Assembly (NCBI GenBank): GCA_964016885.1
Contig: OZ024759.1
Span: forward strand, 20,584,001 to 20,648,000
Length of the DNA stretch: 64,000 nt
From: Eledone cirrhosa
Taxonomy: Eukaryota
Direction: 5' to 3'
Made by a program: the position numbers and the translations under genes. The number at the start of each line of letters is the position of its first letter. The first letter of the stretch is position 1. Below are positions 1 to 12,889 of the stretch, piece by piece. Below the pieces are notes generated by a model, which ran no database searches, was not told the DNA's origin, and saw only the letters and a program-made list of their open reading frames with translations.

Positions 1-449
1 TATATATATATATGTGTGTGTATATGTATATATGTATATATATATATATATATATGTGTGTGTATATATGTATATATGTGTGTGTATATATGTATATATG
101 TGTGTGTATATATGTATATATGTGTGTGTATATATGTATATATATGTGTGTGTGTATATATGTATATATATGTGTGTGTGTATATATGTGTGTGTACATA
201 TATATGTGTGTGTGTGTGTGTATATATATGTGTGTATATATATATATGTGTGTATATATGTATATTGTATATGTGTGTGTATATATGTATATATGTGTGT
301 GTATATATGTATATGTGTGTGTGTGTATATATGTATATATGTGTGTGTGTATATATGTATATATATATATATATATATGTGTGTATATATGTGTGTGTAT
401 ATATGTATATATATGTGTATGTGTGTATATATGTATATATATAAATGTA

Positions 450-486
<37 letters not shown>

Positions 487-500
487 GGAGAGAGATGAGA
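1..500. repeat. Compound (TA)n/(TG)n microsatellite ending in (GA)n; representative of dozens of such tracts in the window
   Basis: Directly visible dinucleotide repeats; the Y/I/C/V-rich ORFs here are translation artefacts. Confidence 0.98.
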
Positions 501-820
501 TAGCTGCACCACGTGCTTCAGCAGGTTCACTCAGGTTCAATAACATCCGCTTGAAGCCAAGTAGAAATGTTCCGATAGCTTCAATGAAGCATCCCCCTTA
601 TCCTCATCCTCCCCCTCTTCCCTCCCCTCCTTAACCTCCTCCCTCTCCTCCTACTCCTCCTCCTTGTCCTCCTACAGATGTGAATGAACATTCTGTAGCT
701 CAAGTGGTTTCTCTGAGAAACACAAAGACCACATGGCTCACATGATGTAGTTACTGGTTAAAGTTAAAGAGTCATTGGTGCAATATGGGTTACCAAACCA
801 CTACAATCATACATAGCACA

Positions 821-851
<31 letters not shown>

Positions 852-882
852 GTGTGTGTGTGTATGTGTGTATATATATATA

Positions 883-1076
883 ACAAAGGAAGTGTGGTAA
901 GGAACCAGATGGACCATAATGCACCAGCGTACTCAATACTTAGGGTAGTGGAGTGGGAAATAGGAACAAGTATGACCCCGACGGCAGAGCTCAAGCCGTT
1001 TCGACGGCTATTTCTGGACTCGGAGTCCAGAAATAGCCGTCGAAACGGCTTGAGCTCTGCCGTCGGGGTCATACTT
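883..1076 (-). mobile_element. Penelope-like terminal relic with perfect palindrome (54-bp arms 968-1021 and 1023-1076) plus 3' tail
   Basis: Arms are exact reverse complements; tail has GTATTGAGTAC (929-939, minus); flanked by (TA)n; related fragment at 26357-26405. Confidence 0.6.
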
Positions 1077-1081
1077 TTTCT

Positions 1082-1120
<39 letters not shown>

Positions 1121-1413
1121 TTACACACACATATATATATGCATACACACATATATACACAAACACACACACACACACATATATATATACATTTATGTAT
1201 ATATGTATATGTACATATATATGCATATATGTATATATGTATGTATATATGCATATATGTATATATGTATGTACATAATCATACATTTGTATATATATAT
1301 ATGCATATATGTATACATATATATACAGACATACACACTTATATATATATATATATGTGTGTGTGTATATATATATATATGAACACGCATACACATATGT
1401 ACTTATGTATGTA

Positions 1414-1446
<33 letters not shown>

Positions 1447-1500
1447 GTATAAATATGAACACACACACACATATATACTTATATCTGTGAATGTATATGT

Positions 1501-1536
<36 letters not shown>

Positions 1537-1573
1537 ACATACACATATATACTTGTGTGTATATATATATATC

Positions 1574-1606
<33 letters not shown>

Positions 1607-2230
1607 TCATTCAGTTTCCTCTCTTTGCCCATATATTCTTTTTTTTATTCATTTTGTATAATTTTAGCCACGCGTGACTCTTTTTCAAATTGATGTTTTG
1701 TCCTACACTGTCCAAGTTTCTCTGTCTTTCTCTCTCTTTCTCTTCACTTATTCTTTCTCTCTCTTTCTCTCCCTCCCTCTCTTTCTCTCCCTCTCTCTCT
1801 GCTTGTTGTGCTTGTCTTTTTTGGAATTCGTGTCCAAACAAACGGAAAATATTTTTAATAACATTTATATATTCTCTATCTTTTCCATCTTCTCTTTGAC
1901 TACTTCTTCTTCTTTTTCTTCTTCTTCTTCTTTAATCAATATGTTGGGTCTCATCGATATTTCTCCTTTTCAATTACAACACATGGGTCTGTAGCATAAT
2001 TTCTCTTATTTGTAAATTATTGAAAGACTATCGCCTCGTCTTTTTTCCATATGTTACTGTCCCTTGACCACCAGAGTTAGTTGTATCAATCTTAGAGCAC
2101 TGAAGCAACACATATCCAGTGATCAACTGATGACATGGGACTGTCTGTGTTTTGTTCATTTTCCTGTCTTCTTCATCCATATATATACATATATACATAT
2201 ATATATATAATTACATAATAAACACAATAT

Positions 2231-2312
2231 AATTATTCCATTACCGAAGGTTTCAAGAAACTAGATGATTCTTGCAAGTAAACAACCAGCTTGTTTGTCA
2301 AACAAAACAATT
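2231..2312 (-). ncRNA. Decayed hammerhead ribozyme, homolog of 41156-41233
   Basis: Minus strand: aattgttttgt-TTGACAA...GAAA-ccttcgg-TA-atggaataatt; core mutated from CTGACGA, stem I still pairs. Confidence 0.6.
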
Positions 2313-2327
2313 GTTGTTTATTATGTA

Positions 2328-2518
2328 AGCGGTGGATTGGCAGTATCGGTAGAGGGTCGGACTCCATGCTTTGACGTATAGAGTTACGGCCCTTGCCATT
2401 CTGAGTTCAAATCCTGCCGAGGTTAACTTTGCCTTTCATCCTTACGGGGCCGATAAAATAAAGTACGAGTAATGCACTGGGTAATTGCTGGCCTTGTGCG
2501 AAAAATAGAAACAATTAT
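2328..2518 (+). mobile_element. SINE family B (tRNA-like head, Nin-type central domain)
   Basis: A-box-like TGGCAGTATCGG, B-box-like GAGTTCAAATCC, gaggttaactttgcctttcatcc...gataaaataaagtac core; many copies in the window. Confidence 0.85.
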
Positions 2519-2859
2519 GTAATTAAATAGCTCTGTACAATACATAGAGCACTCTTCTTTCCTTTACCTTTTCTATGGAAATACTTAACATATATATATA
2601 TATATCACATATATGTATAGATATACACATACATACATATATACTTATATATATAAATATATATATAAAGACCACGTATGTATGTTTCGTTAGCCCTGGG
2701 TACCAACTTGCCACTAGTAACCACAAATTACACACATACATATCTATATATACATTATATATATATCTATATAGATATGTATGTGTGTATGTATGTGCAA
2801 AGGAAAACCAGATGCTTTTAGGAATATAGAACATATCTGTTTTTAAGTAACAAGATTCA

Positions 2860-2919
2860 TTAATCTATAATCAATAATTTCAATTAATCAATCAATTTCT
2901 CTTATCTCATCAGGAGTAA
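2860..2919 (-). ncRNA. Candidate hammerhead ribozyme (weak stems)
   Basis: Minus: ttactc-CTGATGA-gat...att-GAAA-ttattgatta-TA-gattaa; stem I 5 of 6 pairs. Confidence 0.4.
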
Positions 2920-3014
2920 TAAAGGTAAACAAATCCCTAGACTACAGAATAGAAATAAAAAGTGTAAGATAAGAGATAAAATCATCAGCTAATTTTTAAA
3001 TATATATATATATA

Positions 3015-3459
3015 TCATCATCATCATCATCGTTTATGTCCATTTTCCACGCTAGCTTAGGTTAGATGAGTTGTCTTGTTGCGGGCAGTGTCCAGTTGGC
3101 TGACCTTGTCTTGCTAATACAGGAACTGATTCTGGCTTGATTTCTACAGCTGGATGCCCTTCCTAACACCAACCTCATTTACAGTGAGTGCTGGGTGCTT
3201 TCTTGCCGTGGCGCCTACACGTCCACTTTACAGTGTGGGCGTGGTTTTTTTTTTTTTTTTTACTGTGGCACTTCCACAACCACTTTGCAGTGGAATGATA
3301 GGGACTCCAGTCGTATCATCTCATTTCTACAGCTGAGTAAACTGGAGCAATGTGAAATAAAATGTCTTGCTCAAGGAAACAACACATCACCCGGTCTGGG
3401 AATTGAACTCACAGACTTTCATTGCAAGCCCACTCTTCTAACCACTAAGCCATGCGCCT

Positions 3460-3462
<3 letters not shown>
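3015..3462 (-). mobile_element. SINE family A, full length, long RTE-type tail
   Basis: tRNA-like head (GGCTTAGTGG / GAGTTCAATTC), ccttgagcaagaca core, tail ending in (GAT)n. Confidence 0.9.
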
Positions 3463-3544
<82 letters not shown>

Positions 3545-4051
3545 AAAATCATTGATATTGTTTTAACGGCTGCTTTCCCTCTTGGGAAGATTTAGATGTG
3601 TATATATATTTGTGTGGGTGTGTGTGTATATACACACACACACACTTTATATATATGTATATATGGAAAAACACACATAATTTTGTTTTCTTTCAAGACC
3701 AGCTGAAGTAGCATTATTGTTTCACACAGGATATTTTTTTAACCCCTATTGGTTATGGTGGCAATGGTGATGGTGTTGGTTGGTTAATCTAAGGAAACTT
3801 AGGGGTCCTTTAATTGTCATAAGACCTCACATGTGGTGTCTGTATTTTCTTTCTATTGGGTATTTTCTTTAGATTTTGTTTGAGAAGGGGTGTGGGTTAA
3901 ATTAAGGGAGCATCAGCATTTCCTTGGTAGTTTTTGTTGAGGAAGGTGTGTGTGTGTGGGGGGGGGGGGATTTGATAAAAATCTGTTCCATTTAAAGTGT
4001 GCATATATATATATTAAAATCTTCAATCTTAACTTTATGTCAGAACCTTGT

Positions 4052-4220
4052 TTAACCCTGTAGCATTTACATTACTCCATATTCGCTATTGTATTTTCAC
4101 AGTAAAGGCTTTACCTCAGATAATTATCTCACATAATATCGAATCTAAGAGATTTTGATATATTGTGAACAATACCTTAACGTCAGTATGAGTGGCCAGT
4201 TACGGCCAGTTTGAACAGAT
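4052..4220 (+). mobile_element. piggyBac-like MITE fragment
   Basis: Starts TTAACCC; internal sequence recurs at about 28610-28796 and 53820-53989, which end in ccggttaa / aagggataa. Confidence 0.55.
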
Positions 4221-4579
4221 AGTTATATATGTATGTATGTCTGGGTGTGTATTTGTGTAAATATATTATATGCACCTAGCTACTGTTCTTGTTTTGATGT
4301 TTTATACAAATAAATAGTAACATTTTAAACTGAATTTATTGTGCAAAAAAGATACATTGCTTATAACTATGATTATAATATTATATAATGCATGCCTATT
4401 CGTTTGAGGGCCCATGTGAATAATCATTCGTTTGAGGGCTCATGTGATTAATTTCAGTTGTGATTCTTGTGGTAATTACTATTTCCTAATATGAAGCTGC
4501 GTTTTTTTTTTAAATATAAACAATGCTCTGGTACAATGTATATTTTGGATGAAATGTTGTGGTTAAGGTAGTTATATCA

Positions 4580-4643
4580 TTTAATTCTGATGATTGCTAA
4601 TATTGAGCTCTATATATTAAGGATGAAACCTATGTAAATTGAA
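4580..4643 (+). ncRNA. Minimal type-I hammerhead ribozyme, intact core
   Basis: tttaatt-CTGATGA-t..taatat/atatta..t-GAAA-c ctat g-TA-aattgaa; 7-bp stem I, predicted cleavage after 4636. Confidence 0.65.
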
Positions 4644-4950
4644 ATATGAGATAGTTAGCAGCGTTTAGTTTCAATTTTCAAAGTTTCTCTCTCTCTAAAT
4701 ATATATATATATAGAGAGAGAGAGAGAAAGAGAGAGAGAGAAACAGTTCCCGTATGAGCAAGACAAGGTAGCCGACTGGACGCTGCCCACAACATGACAA
4801 CCCATCTAACCCATGCTAGCATGGTAAAACAGTGATGATATATATATACACATACACGCACACACACATATATATATATATACACACATACACACACACT
4901 TACATATATATATATATGTATACATGCACACACACATACACACACACACT

Positions 4951-4991
<41 letters not shown>

Positions 4992-6234
4992 ACACGCACG
5001 CACACATACACACACATATATATATACAAAGAATGTTTTTTTATCGTCATCATTATCTTATATATACAGATATATATATATTTATTGACAGACAGACAGG
5101 CAGATAAATGTAAATGGCAAAAAATGTCTTTTAAATGCCAATATAAGATAAGGAAATGTCTATAAAGTCTCACAGATGGCAACCCAAGTGAAATATCTAA
5201 AGAATTATATCGACTGTATTGAAATCCTGGAAGTATTTAGGAGGAGGAGAAGTAGGGTGATGATGTGATGGAGAGGAGGCTGAAACTGTCCATCATAGAA
5301 TTGGATGAAGTGTACAACTAGAATTGGTTCTTAGAATATATTGCAAAAGGTCATACCTAGATAGAGATATGGACATGCAACTGCAGAATATGGTGCTAAT
5401 ACCTGGTCATGGGAAAGCTGTTAAGAATGGCTCTTTTTCAGAACAGTTATTAACATTTTACACTTGTGTGGGTGTATGTATGTATACATATATATATATA
5501 TATAATATATTATATAATATATTATATATATTATATTATATATTATATCATATATATATAATATATATATAATATATTATATATATTATATTATATATAT
5601 TATTTCATATATATATTATATCATATATATAATATATATTATATCATATATAATATATTATATATAATAAATATATCATATTATATATATCCTATTATAT
5701 CTATAACATATATGTATCTATAATATATATATATGTTACAGATAAAAATATTGTATATTATATAGATATATACTATATTTATATATATTATAGATATGTC
5801 TATGTATGATATTTATATATATTATAGATATGTCTATGTATGATATTTATATATATTATAGATATGTGTATGTATGTATGTATGGATGGATGTATGTATA
5901 CATGTGGGTCTATTTATTTGTTTCTGTGCTTCTGTATGAATGCGTATGTATATTTGTATCAGGATTTGTGTGTGTGTATGTGTATATATACACACACACA
6001 CACATATATATACACATACACACAAACTCCATCAAACCACCATAGCACTTACAGAGAATTCATCTGCATACTTCAACCATCCATAGCCATTCTCCTCTTT
6101 CTCCTTTTTACTATTATTTCTATAATCTATCTTTATTTACGCACATTTATAACCCCATCATCTCCTGTTTCAGCACTGTTCAGGCACATTACATGCCTCT
6201 TTATATATTTGTGTATATATATATATATATATGT

Positions 6235-6623
6235 GGAGGTGCATGGCTTAGTGGTTAGAGCATTGGCCTTGCAATCGAAAGGTTGTGAGTTCAATTCTCA
6301 GACTGGGTGATGTGTTGTTTCCTTGAGCACGACACTTTATTTCACATTGCTCCAGTTTACTCAGCTGTAGAAATGAGATGATAGGGACTGGGGTCCCTAT
6401 CATTCTACTGCAAAGTGGTCGTGGAGGTGCCACGGAAAAAAAGCACCCAGCACTCACTGTAAAGTAGATGTGTAAGTGCCACGGCAAAAAAGCACCCAGC
6501 AGTCACTGTAAATGAGGTTGGTGTTAGGAAGGGCATCCAGCTGTAGAAATCAAGCCAGAATCAGTTCCCGTCCCACCCTTGCAAGCAGGGAAAAAGCGGA
6601 CGTGAAAATGAAATGATGATGAT
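6235..6623 (+). mobile_element. SINE family A, short-tail subtype
   Basis: Head, core and internal hairpin; tail cccacccttgcaagcagggaaaaagcggacg followed by (GAT)n. Confidence 0.9.
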
Positions 6624-6624
6624 A

Positions 6625-6666
<42 letters not shown>

Positions 6667-6669
<3 letters not shown>

Positions 6670-6897
6670 GACCGCTGGGTAAAGAAGTGTCAAGAAATCC
6701 CAGTAGAAGGAAGACACAGTAGAGGTGGACCACGAAAAACATGGGCAGAGGTGGTGAGAGCAGGCCTCAGATCGCTGAAACTCACGGAGGAGATGACAAA
6801 GGACCGTGACGAGTGGAGAAATGCTGTGCTGAATAGGACCCATCCCACCCTTGCAAGCAGGGAAAAGCGGATGTAAAATGATGATGATGATGATGAT
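6667..6897 (+). mobile_element. RTE-clade LINE 3' fragment
   Basis: Translation ...VEGRHSRGGPRKTWAEVV...TKDRDEWRNAV resembles the RTE ORF C-terminus; ends in (GAT)n. Confidence 0.85.
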
Positions 6898-7120
6898 ATA
6901 TCTAGCAAACAAAATCAGTTTACTGTTTCTGAGGAAGACGGCCAATTGAATAGGGATTTTGAGACTAGTAATAGGTAGTAAGTTTACCACTACCGTGCTA
7001 CTCGATACACTGATCTCCATCAGTCTATTGACCCTCTGAAACGACCGTGAAATAAACTATCTACCTATAGCTGACTTTTTTTTTTTTTGGTTCTTTGCAC
7101 AAACACCCACACGCACGCGC

Positions 7121-7184
<64 letters not shown>

Positions 7185-7953
7185 TCACTCACTCTCTCAC
7201 TCTCCTCACTCTCTCACTCTCTCACTCTCCTCACTCTCTCCCCCTCCCACACTCTCTCTACTCTTCTCTCTCTCTTTCCTCTAACACTCGTCATCCTCTC
7301 CTCTCTTTCACTCCTTCTCTCTCTGCCTTTCTCCCTTTCCTCCTCCTCTCTCAGCCTTTCTCCCTTTCCTCCTCCTCTCTCACTCATCTTCCTCTCTCAC
7401 TCATCTTCCTCTCTCACTCATCTTCCTCTCACTCTGCTCTCTCTGCTCTCTCCCCCCTCTCACTCTCTCTCCTATCTCTCTTCTCTCACTCCCCCCCTCT
7501 CTCCCCCCCTCTCTATATCTCAGAATATGTAACTGTAAGTCATCTATTTACGACAAACTGCATCACCACATAACAATAAACGCCAACACTACTGCACCAC
7601 CACCACCACCACAACACTACAATCACCACCACACTTCCTCCATCACCACTACTATACCTCCACCTCCAACACAACCACCACCACTACTATACCTCCACAA
7701 CACTACCATCACCACTGCTATACCACCACTACACCACACACTACTACCATGACCCCGCCCCTTCACACACACACACCCCCTCCACAACCACCCCCTCCAC
7801 AACAACCACATCTAATGAAGCTGCTCTATTCTATGATGTGCTTCACATCACCATGGCAACCTTATGTTCAGTCCACCATCAAGCATTTATTGTGTGTTTT
7901 AAGTTATTTTCTCTTTCAACATCCTTCACAACACTTACCACTCTCTCTCTCTT

Positions 7954-8074
<121 letters not shown>

Positions 8075-8099
8075 GATATATACACATATATATATATAT

Positions 8100-8146
<47 letters not shown>

Positions 8147-8165
8147 TATATATATATATATTTAT

Positions 8166-8214
<49 letters not shown>

Positions 8215-8331
8215 TATATATTCACTACACTTTATCCACCTGTATTGAGTGCTTATTCAGTTAATATTTGAATGTTTTATACACTATAGTATTTTAAACA
8301 CATCCTCTGTGTGGGTATATATATATATATA

Positions 8332-8367
<36 letters not shown>

Positions 8368-8524
8368 TATACACACACAATTTTAATCATTGCTAGACAG
8401 ACAATGGCCAAGCTGGAGCAGTATTTTAAAAAGATTTAATCAATCATATTCTGGTAGTTACTTTGTTAATCTCATTTTGTCAAATTGCTAGGTTAATGGA
8501 CACACACACACACACACACATACT

Positions 8525-8816
8525 CTGTCACTCTGCCGTTTATGATGATGTGTTTTAGTTGATATGATTAATAGAACTACCTGCTCGTGAAATTAATGGG
8601 CAAGTGGCTGAGCATTCCACAGACACGCCTACCTTCTCAGGAAGATTAAGTATGACAAGGCTGGCTCTTTGAATTACTGGTACAACTCATTTTTGGCAGC
8701 TGTGTGGACTGCAGTAACATGAAATAAAGTGTCTTGCTCAAGGACACAATGTGCTGCCAGAAATTTTATTTGTGACCTTATGATCATTAGCAGAAAACCC
8801 TAGCCATGTGCCTTCA
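8525..8816 (-). mobile_element. Older SINE family C
   Basis: Shares the tgtgtccttgagcaagacacttt core and tRNA-like head; different body (gtggctgagcattcc), also seen at about 19770-20450. Confidence 0.7.
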
Positions 8817-8921
8817 CAAACACACACACAAATATATATATATAACAGCTTGCACTGTGGGACATTCCCACCATCAGTTGTCGATTGGAGATCCTAATGA
8901 TTCCAGCACTTCCCACCACCA

Positions 8922-8958
<37 letters not shown>

Positions 8959-8960
<2 letters not shown>

Positions 8961-10047
8961 AGGCACATGGCTTAGTGGTTAGGCATTGGGCTTGCATTGC
9001 TCCAGTTTACTCAGCTGGAGAAATGAGATAATAGGACTGGGGTCCCTATCATTCCACTGCAAAGTGGTCGTGGAGGTGCCACGGCAAAAAAAGCACCCAG
9101 CCCACACTGTGATGTGGTCGTGGAGGTGCCACGGCAAAAAAAGCACCCAGCACTCACTGTGATGTGGACGTGTAGGCGCCACGGAAAAAAGCACCCAGCC
9201 CACACTGTGATGTGGACGTGTAGGCGCCACGGAAAAAAGCACCCAGCCCACACTGTGATGTGGACGTGTAGGCGCCACGGAAAAAAGCACCCAGCACTCA
9301 CTGTGATGTGGACGTGTAGGCGCCACGGAAAAAAGCACCCAGCACTCACTGTGATGTGGACGTGTAGGCGCCACGGAAAAAAAGCACCCAGCACTCACTG
9401 TGATGTGGACGTGTAGGCGCCACGGAAAAAAGCACCCAGCCCACACTGTGATGTGGACGTGTAGGCGCCACGGAAAAAAGCACCCAGCCCACACTGTGAT
9501 GTGGACGTGTAGGCGCCACGGAAAAAAGCACCCAGCCCACACTGTGATGTGGACGTGTAGGCGCCACGGAAAAAAGCACCCAGCACTCACTGTGATGTGG
9601 ACGTGTAGGCGCCACGGAAAAAAGCACCCAGCACTCACTGTGATGTGGACGTGTAGGCGCCACGGAAAAAAAGCACCCAGCACTCACTGTGATGTGGACG
9701 TGTAGGCGCCACGGAAAAAAGCACCCAGCACTCACTGTGATGTGGACGTGTAAGCGCCACGGAAAAAAAGCACCCAGCACTCACTGTGATGTGGACGTGT
9801 AGGCGCCACGGAAAAAAGCACCCAGCACTCACTGTGATGTGGACGTGTAGGCGCCACGGAAAAAAAGCACCCAGCACTCACTGTGATGTGGACGTGTAGG
9901 CGCCACGGAAAAAAGCACCCAGCACTCACTGTAAATGAGGTTCATGTTAGGAAGGGCATCCAGCTGTAGAAATCAAGCCAGAATCAGTTCCTGTCCCACT
10001 CTTGGAAGCAGGGAAAAGCGGACGTAAAATGATGATGATGATGATGA
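8959..10047 (+). mobile_element. SINE family A with internal 48-bp minisatellite expansion
   Basis: Internally deleted head, about 17-18 copies of ggaaaaaagcacccagcactcactgtgatgtggacgtgtaggcgccac (about 9082-9930), short tail. Confidence 0.9.
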
Positions 10048-10062
10048 TTATATATATTTATA

Positions 10063-10282
10063 TATAATTACAACAGTGACATAAACAGGTACTCAAGTTT
10101 CGTTGGGTTCTGGGCCCCAACTAAGTCAGCCTTTTTTTTTCTCATGACAGGCTTAATGAGTTGGGGCCCAGAACCCAACACAACTTAAGTACCTGTTTAT
10201 GTCACTGTGGTAATTATACTAAACTCGCCCTATGGACTGAGTGCTCATGCCCTTGGATATTTCTACCAAACTTTTACTACAG
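10063..10282 (+). mobile_element. Penelope-like inverted terminal repeat with two decayed hammerheads
   Basis: Arms about 10063-10131 and 10150-10218; cagg-core-gttggg/cccaac-GAAA-cttaag-TA-cctg can be rebuilt from the two arms; tail CTGAGTGCTC. Confidence 0.7.
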
Positions 10283-10314
<32 letters not shown>

Positions 10315-10502
10315 TGTATAGATTGACTCAGCAATGTGACCGGTTGCGTGAATGAACTATCATGTAGCCATAAATGCCATTGAAATATGTATAACAGTTT
10401 TATAAATAAAGGAATTTTAAAGATCTACACCAAGCTTCACAATTATCTTTATTGTATGCATATGTATGTGTACATATATATATATTATATTATATGAAAA
10501 AA

Positions 10503-10689
10503 TGGATTGGCAGTATCGGTAGAGGGTCGGACGCCATGCTTTGACGCATAGAGTTACGGCCCTTGTCATTCTGAGTTCAAATCCCACCGAGGTTAACTTT
10601 GCCTTTCATCCTTACGGGGTCGATAAAATAAGGTACCAGTAATACCCTGGTATAATTGCTGGCCTTGTGCCAAAAGTAGAAACAATTAT
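10503..10689 (+). mobile_element. SINE family B
   Basis: Closely matches 2328-2518. Confidence 0.88.
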
Positions 10690-10691
10690 AT

Positions 10692-10793
10692 GAAAAAAGT
10701 AAACAAATAACAAAGCAAGTGGCACGATACAATGGAGAAATATATTAGTTTAACGCTTGATATAGTAGAAAAAGAGTATGTTTCGGACACTAC
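10692..10793 (-). mobile_element. Penelope-like tail fragment (family of 59128-59430)
   Basis: Minus: gtccGAAAc...tatatcaagcgttaaactaatatat, matching the 59350-59430 tail. Confidence 0.55.
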
Positions 10794-10806
10794 ATAGATA
10801 GATAGT

Positions 10807-11130
10807 CATCGCCATTTTACGTCCACTTTTTCATGCTTGTATGGTTTGGACAGGTTTTTTCCAACACTGCATCTCTCCATTCATCATCTTCCTTCATCAT
10901 CTCTTTTGTAAGCACTTGGCAATTTGAGACCAGCTCACACCACCACTGTGCAGATCTTCCTTGGTCTTCCTCTACTACAGTTTCCCTCCCCTGGGAATTC
11001 CTGGCATTTCTTCATCCAGTGATCATCATCCATGTGCATCACATGCCCATACCATCGCAGACGTCTCTCTTTCTCTTGCACAATACATCTGATTCATCTT
11101 ACACCTAGTTTTTCTCTCAGTTCATCCAAG
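10807..11130 (-). mobile_element. Decayed RTE LINE 3' fragment
   Basis: Minus strand has RLRWYGHV-like and GRPRK-like segments plus a ggacgtaaaatg tail. Confidence 0.75.
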
Positions 11131-11670
11131 CTGCTATTGTTGTCGTTGTTGTTGTTATTATTGTTGTTGTTGTTATTGTAGTCGTTACTGTTGTTATTAT
11201 TGCTGTTATTAGACCCCCACCTCCACCAATCTTATTAGGATTTTAATTGTCGAAAAAAAAAAAAAAATTGAACAAAATATTCTGAAATTTCTGCAAATAA
11301 CGCTTTAATTAATCAGGTGTTCAACTCCACCCCACCACTCCACCAAACAGACCACACTCTCACACACCATGTAACAGGATCCACTTTCTATCCACACACC
11401 TCTTCATAGATCCCCCCCACCAATTAACTAAACTCCACCCCCCCCTTCTTGAAGCATCCCACCCTCCACCTTCACATTTGTTTATACATATGGATATGTA
11501 TACATATACGTGCACAAACATGTCCATACATGCGCACACACTTATGCAAATGCATACATTTATATGCACATATACTCACACACATAATTGCATATACAGG
11601 CACACATTCACACATATGCACACATTAACACATGCATACACATAATTTCATTTATATATATAATATATAT

Positions 11671-11717
<47 letters not shown>

Positions 11718-11744
11718 ATATATATATATATATATATAATATAT

Positions 11745-11796
<52 letters not shown>

Positions 11797-11804
11797 ACAC
11801 ATGG

Positions 11805-11962
11805 CCCAGTCCTATCATCTCATTTCTACAGCTCAGTAGACTGGAGCAATGTGAAATAAAGTATCTTGCTCAAGGAAACAACACATCACCCGGTCTGAGA
11901 ATTGAACTCACAGCCTTTCGATTGCAAGCCTAATGCTCTAACCACTAAGCCATGTGCCTTCA
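11805..11962 (-). mobile_element. SINE family A 5' half
   Basis: Head and core, ending at the internal hairpin. Confidence 0.85.
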
Positions 11963-12070
11963 CATGCATACACATAATTTCATATGAAGATGATGATGAT
12001 ATATACACACACATATATATATATACACACACACATATATATACACACACACACATATATATACACACAC

Positions 12071-12293
12071 ACTGTAAAGTGGACGTGTAGGCGCCACGAA
12101 AAAGCACCCAGCACTCACTGTAAATGAGGTTGGTGTTAGGAAGGGCATCCAGCTGTAGAAATCAAGCCAGATCAGTTCCTGTATGAGCAAGGCATGGTCA
12201 GCCGACCAGACACTGCCCACAACAGGACAACCCGTCTAACCCATGCTAGCGTGGAAGAACGGACGTAAAACGGTGATGATGATGATGATGATG
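12071..12293 (+). mobile_element. SINE family A / RTE 3' UTR, 3' half with long tail
   Basis: Matches the 3' half of 59451-59845; (GAT)n end. Confidence 0.85.
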
Positions 12294-12889
12294 ACACACA
12301 CATATATATATATATAAACACACACACATATATATATATACACACACACACACACATATATATATACACACGCACATATATATACTTAGATATTTACGTA
12401 TACAGATGCATGTACACATGTATGACATATACACTGACTCCTTGGTACACATACACACACTCACATTGCCAGACACCACATTCATATATACAATAAACCT
12501 ACACCTTATTGTAATGAGGAGGTGGAGGTGTAGTGGAGTGATATGTGGGTTGGATGAATGAATAGTCGGGAGGTATAGTTTGGGTGGTAGGGGTGATTAG
12601 TTGGTTCCAAAGTCACGAGAAAAATACAAAAGCCTTGGCCTGCTACAAATAGAAACAAGATAAAAAGTAACGATACATTGAAAATAATTTTTAACATCCT
12701 GAAACAAATGAGACTGTATTAGCAAACATTTGTTGAAAAGCACTACAGCATCACATGAAAATTTAGTGTTTTTTCTAATAAATTAAATTTTCACAAAGAT
12801 CTGTCCACTAATGAAAATACTATGAACATTTGTATTAAAAACCCCCACATGAAACATGATTTTATATATATGTATATATAAGTATATAT

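Noticed and set aside
678-745. Possible terminal exon after a polypyrimidine tract and cctacag (..VNEHSVAQVVSLRNTKTTWLT*)
   Set aside because: Good acceptor but no recognisable homology or partner exon; needs RNA-seq.
6235-6310. tRNA genes at SINE heads
   Set aside because: A/B boxes are present but they run into SINE bodies and give no complete cloverleaf.
9082-9930. CRISPR array or repeat-protein ORFs
   Set aside because: Pure tandem repeat with no unique spacers, inside a SINE.
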